From NCBI RefSeq assembly GCF_963921235.1, contig NC_086108.1, forward strand, positions 113,834,001-113,898,000: DNA of 64,000 nucleotides. The letters are read 5' to 3'. Positions within the stretch are counted from its first letter, which is position 1, and each line of letters opens with the position of its first letter. This document shows, in pieces, positions 63,943-64,000 of the stretch. Under the pieces are notes generated by a model that ran no database searches, was not told the origin of the DNA, and saw only the letters and a list, made by a program, of their open reading frames with translations. Position numbers and translations under genes: made by a program. The stretch is from Mobula hypostoma. Its lineage: Eukaryota.

Positions 63943-64000
63943 TCTTCAATAGCCTCTCTACTTCCTCCAAACTACCTGCTCCTCCAGCTATCTTTATATC

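Noticed and set aside
54512..64000. MSH4 first exon or promoter
   Set aside because: The region is accounted for by CR1 copies; the purine/GC-rich stretch at 54600-54800 is a CR1 5'UTR.
1..64000. CRISPR arrays, rRNA, prokaryotic or viral systems
   Set aside because: No repeat-spacer arrays or operon-like gene structure; the content is vertebrate intronic DNA.

Overview
This is eukaryotic genomic DNA, most likely from a cartilaginous fish (ray or shark; inferred from the CR1-dominated repeat landscape and V-SINE/HE1-like SINEs). The only host gene I can support is MSH4 (meiotic MutS homolog 4) on the minus strand. Four internal coding exons are present (54320-54511, 50433-50593, 10000-10110, 8658-8773), with canonical AG/GT sites and compatible phases; the first exon and the later exons appear to lie outside the window. 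Nearly everything else is intronic transposon sequence: many CR1 LINEs (SGNH-esterase ORF1, APE-RT ORF2), Rex1/Babar-like and RTE LINEs, SINEs, Tc1 DNA transposons, an internally deleted chromodomain Gypsy LTR element and Penelope-like elements (PLEs). The most notable observations are: (1) a complete HDV-like ribozyme fold with an extra helix in L3, heading a young non-coding RTE-type element at 42986; (2) inverted-repeat PLE insertions with 14-15 bp TSDs, recurring asymmetric ends and minimal hammerhead ribozymes; (3) a probable CR1 3' transduction; (4) a CR1 with a twin-priming-type 5' inversion; (5) a roughly six-level nested TE stack inside the ~40 kb MSH4 intron. Repeat boundaries without a stated TSD are approximate. 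Family names come from recognising motifs, not from database searches.
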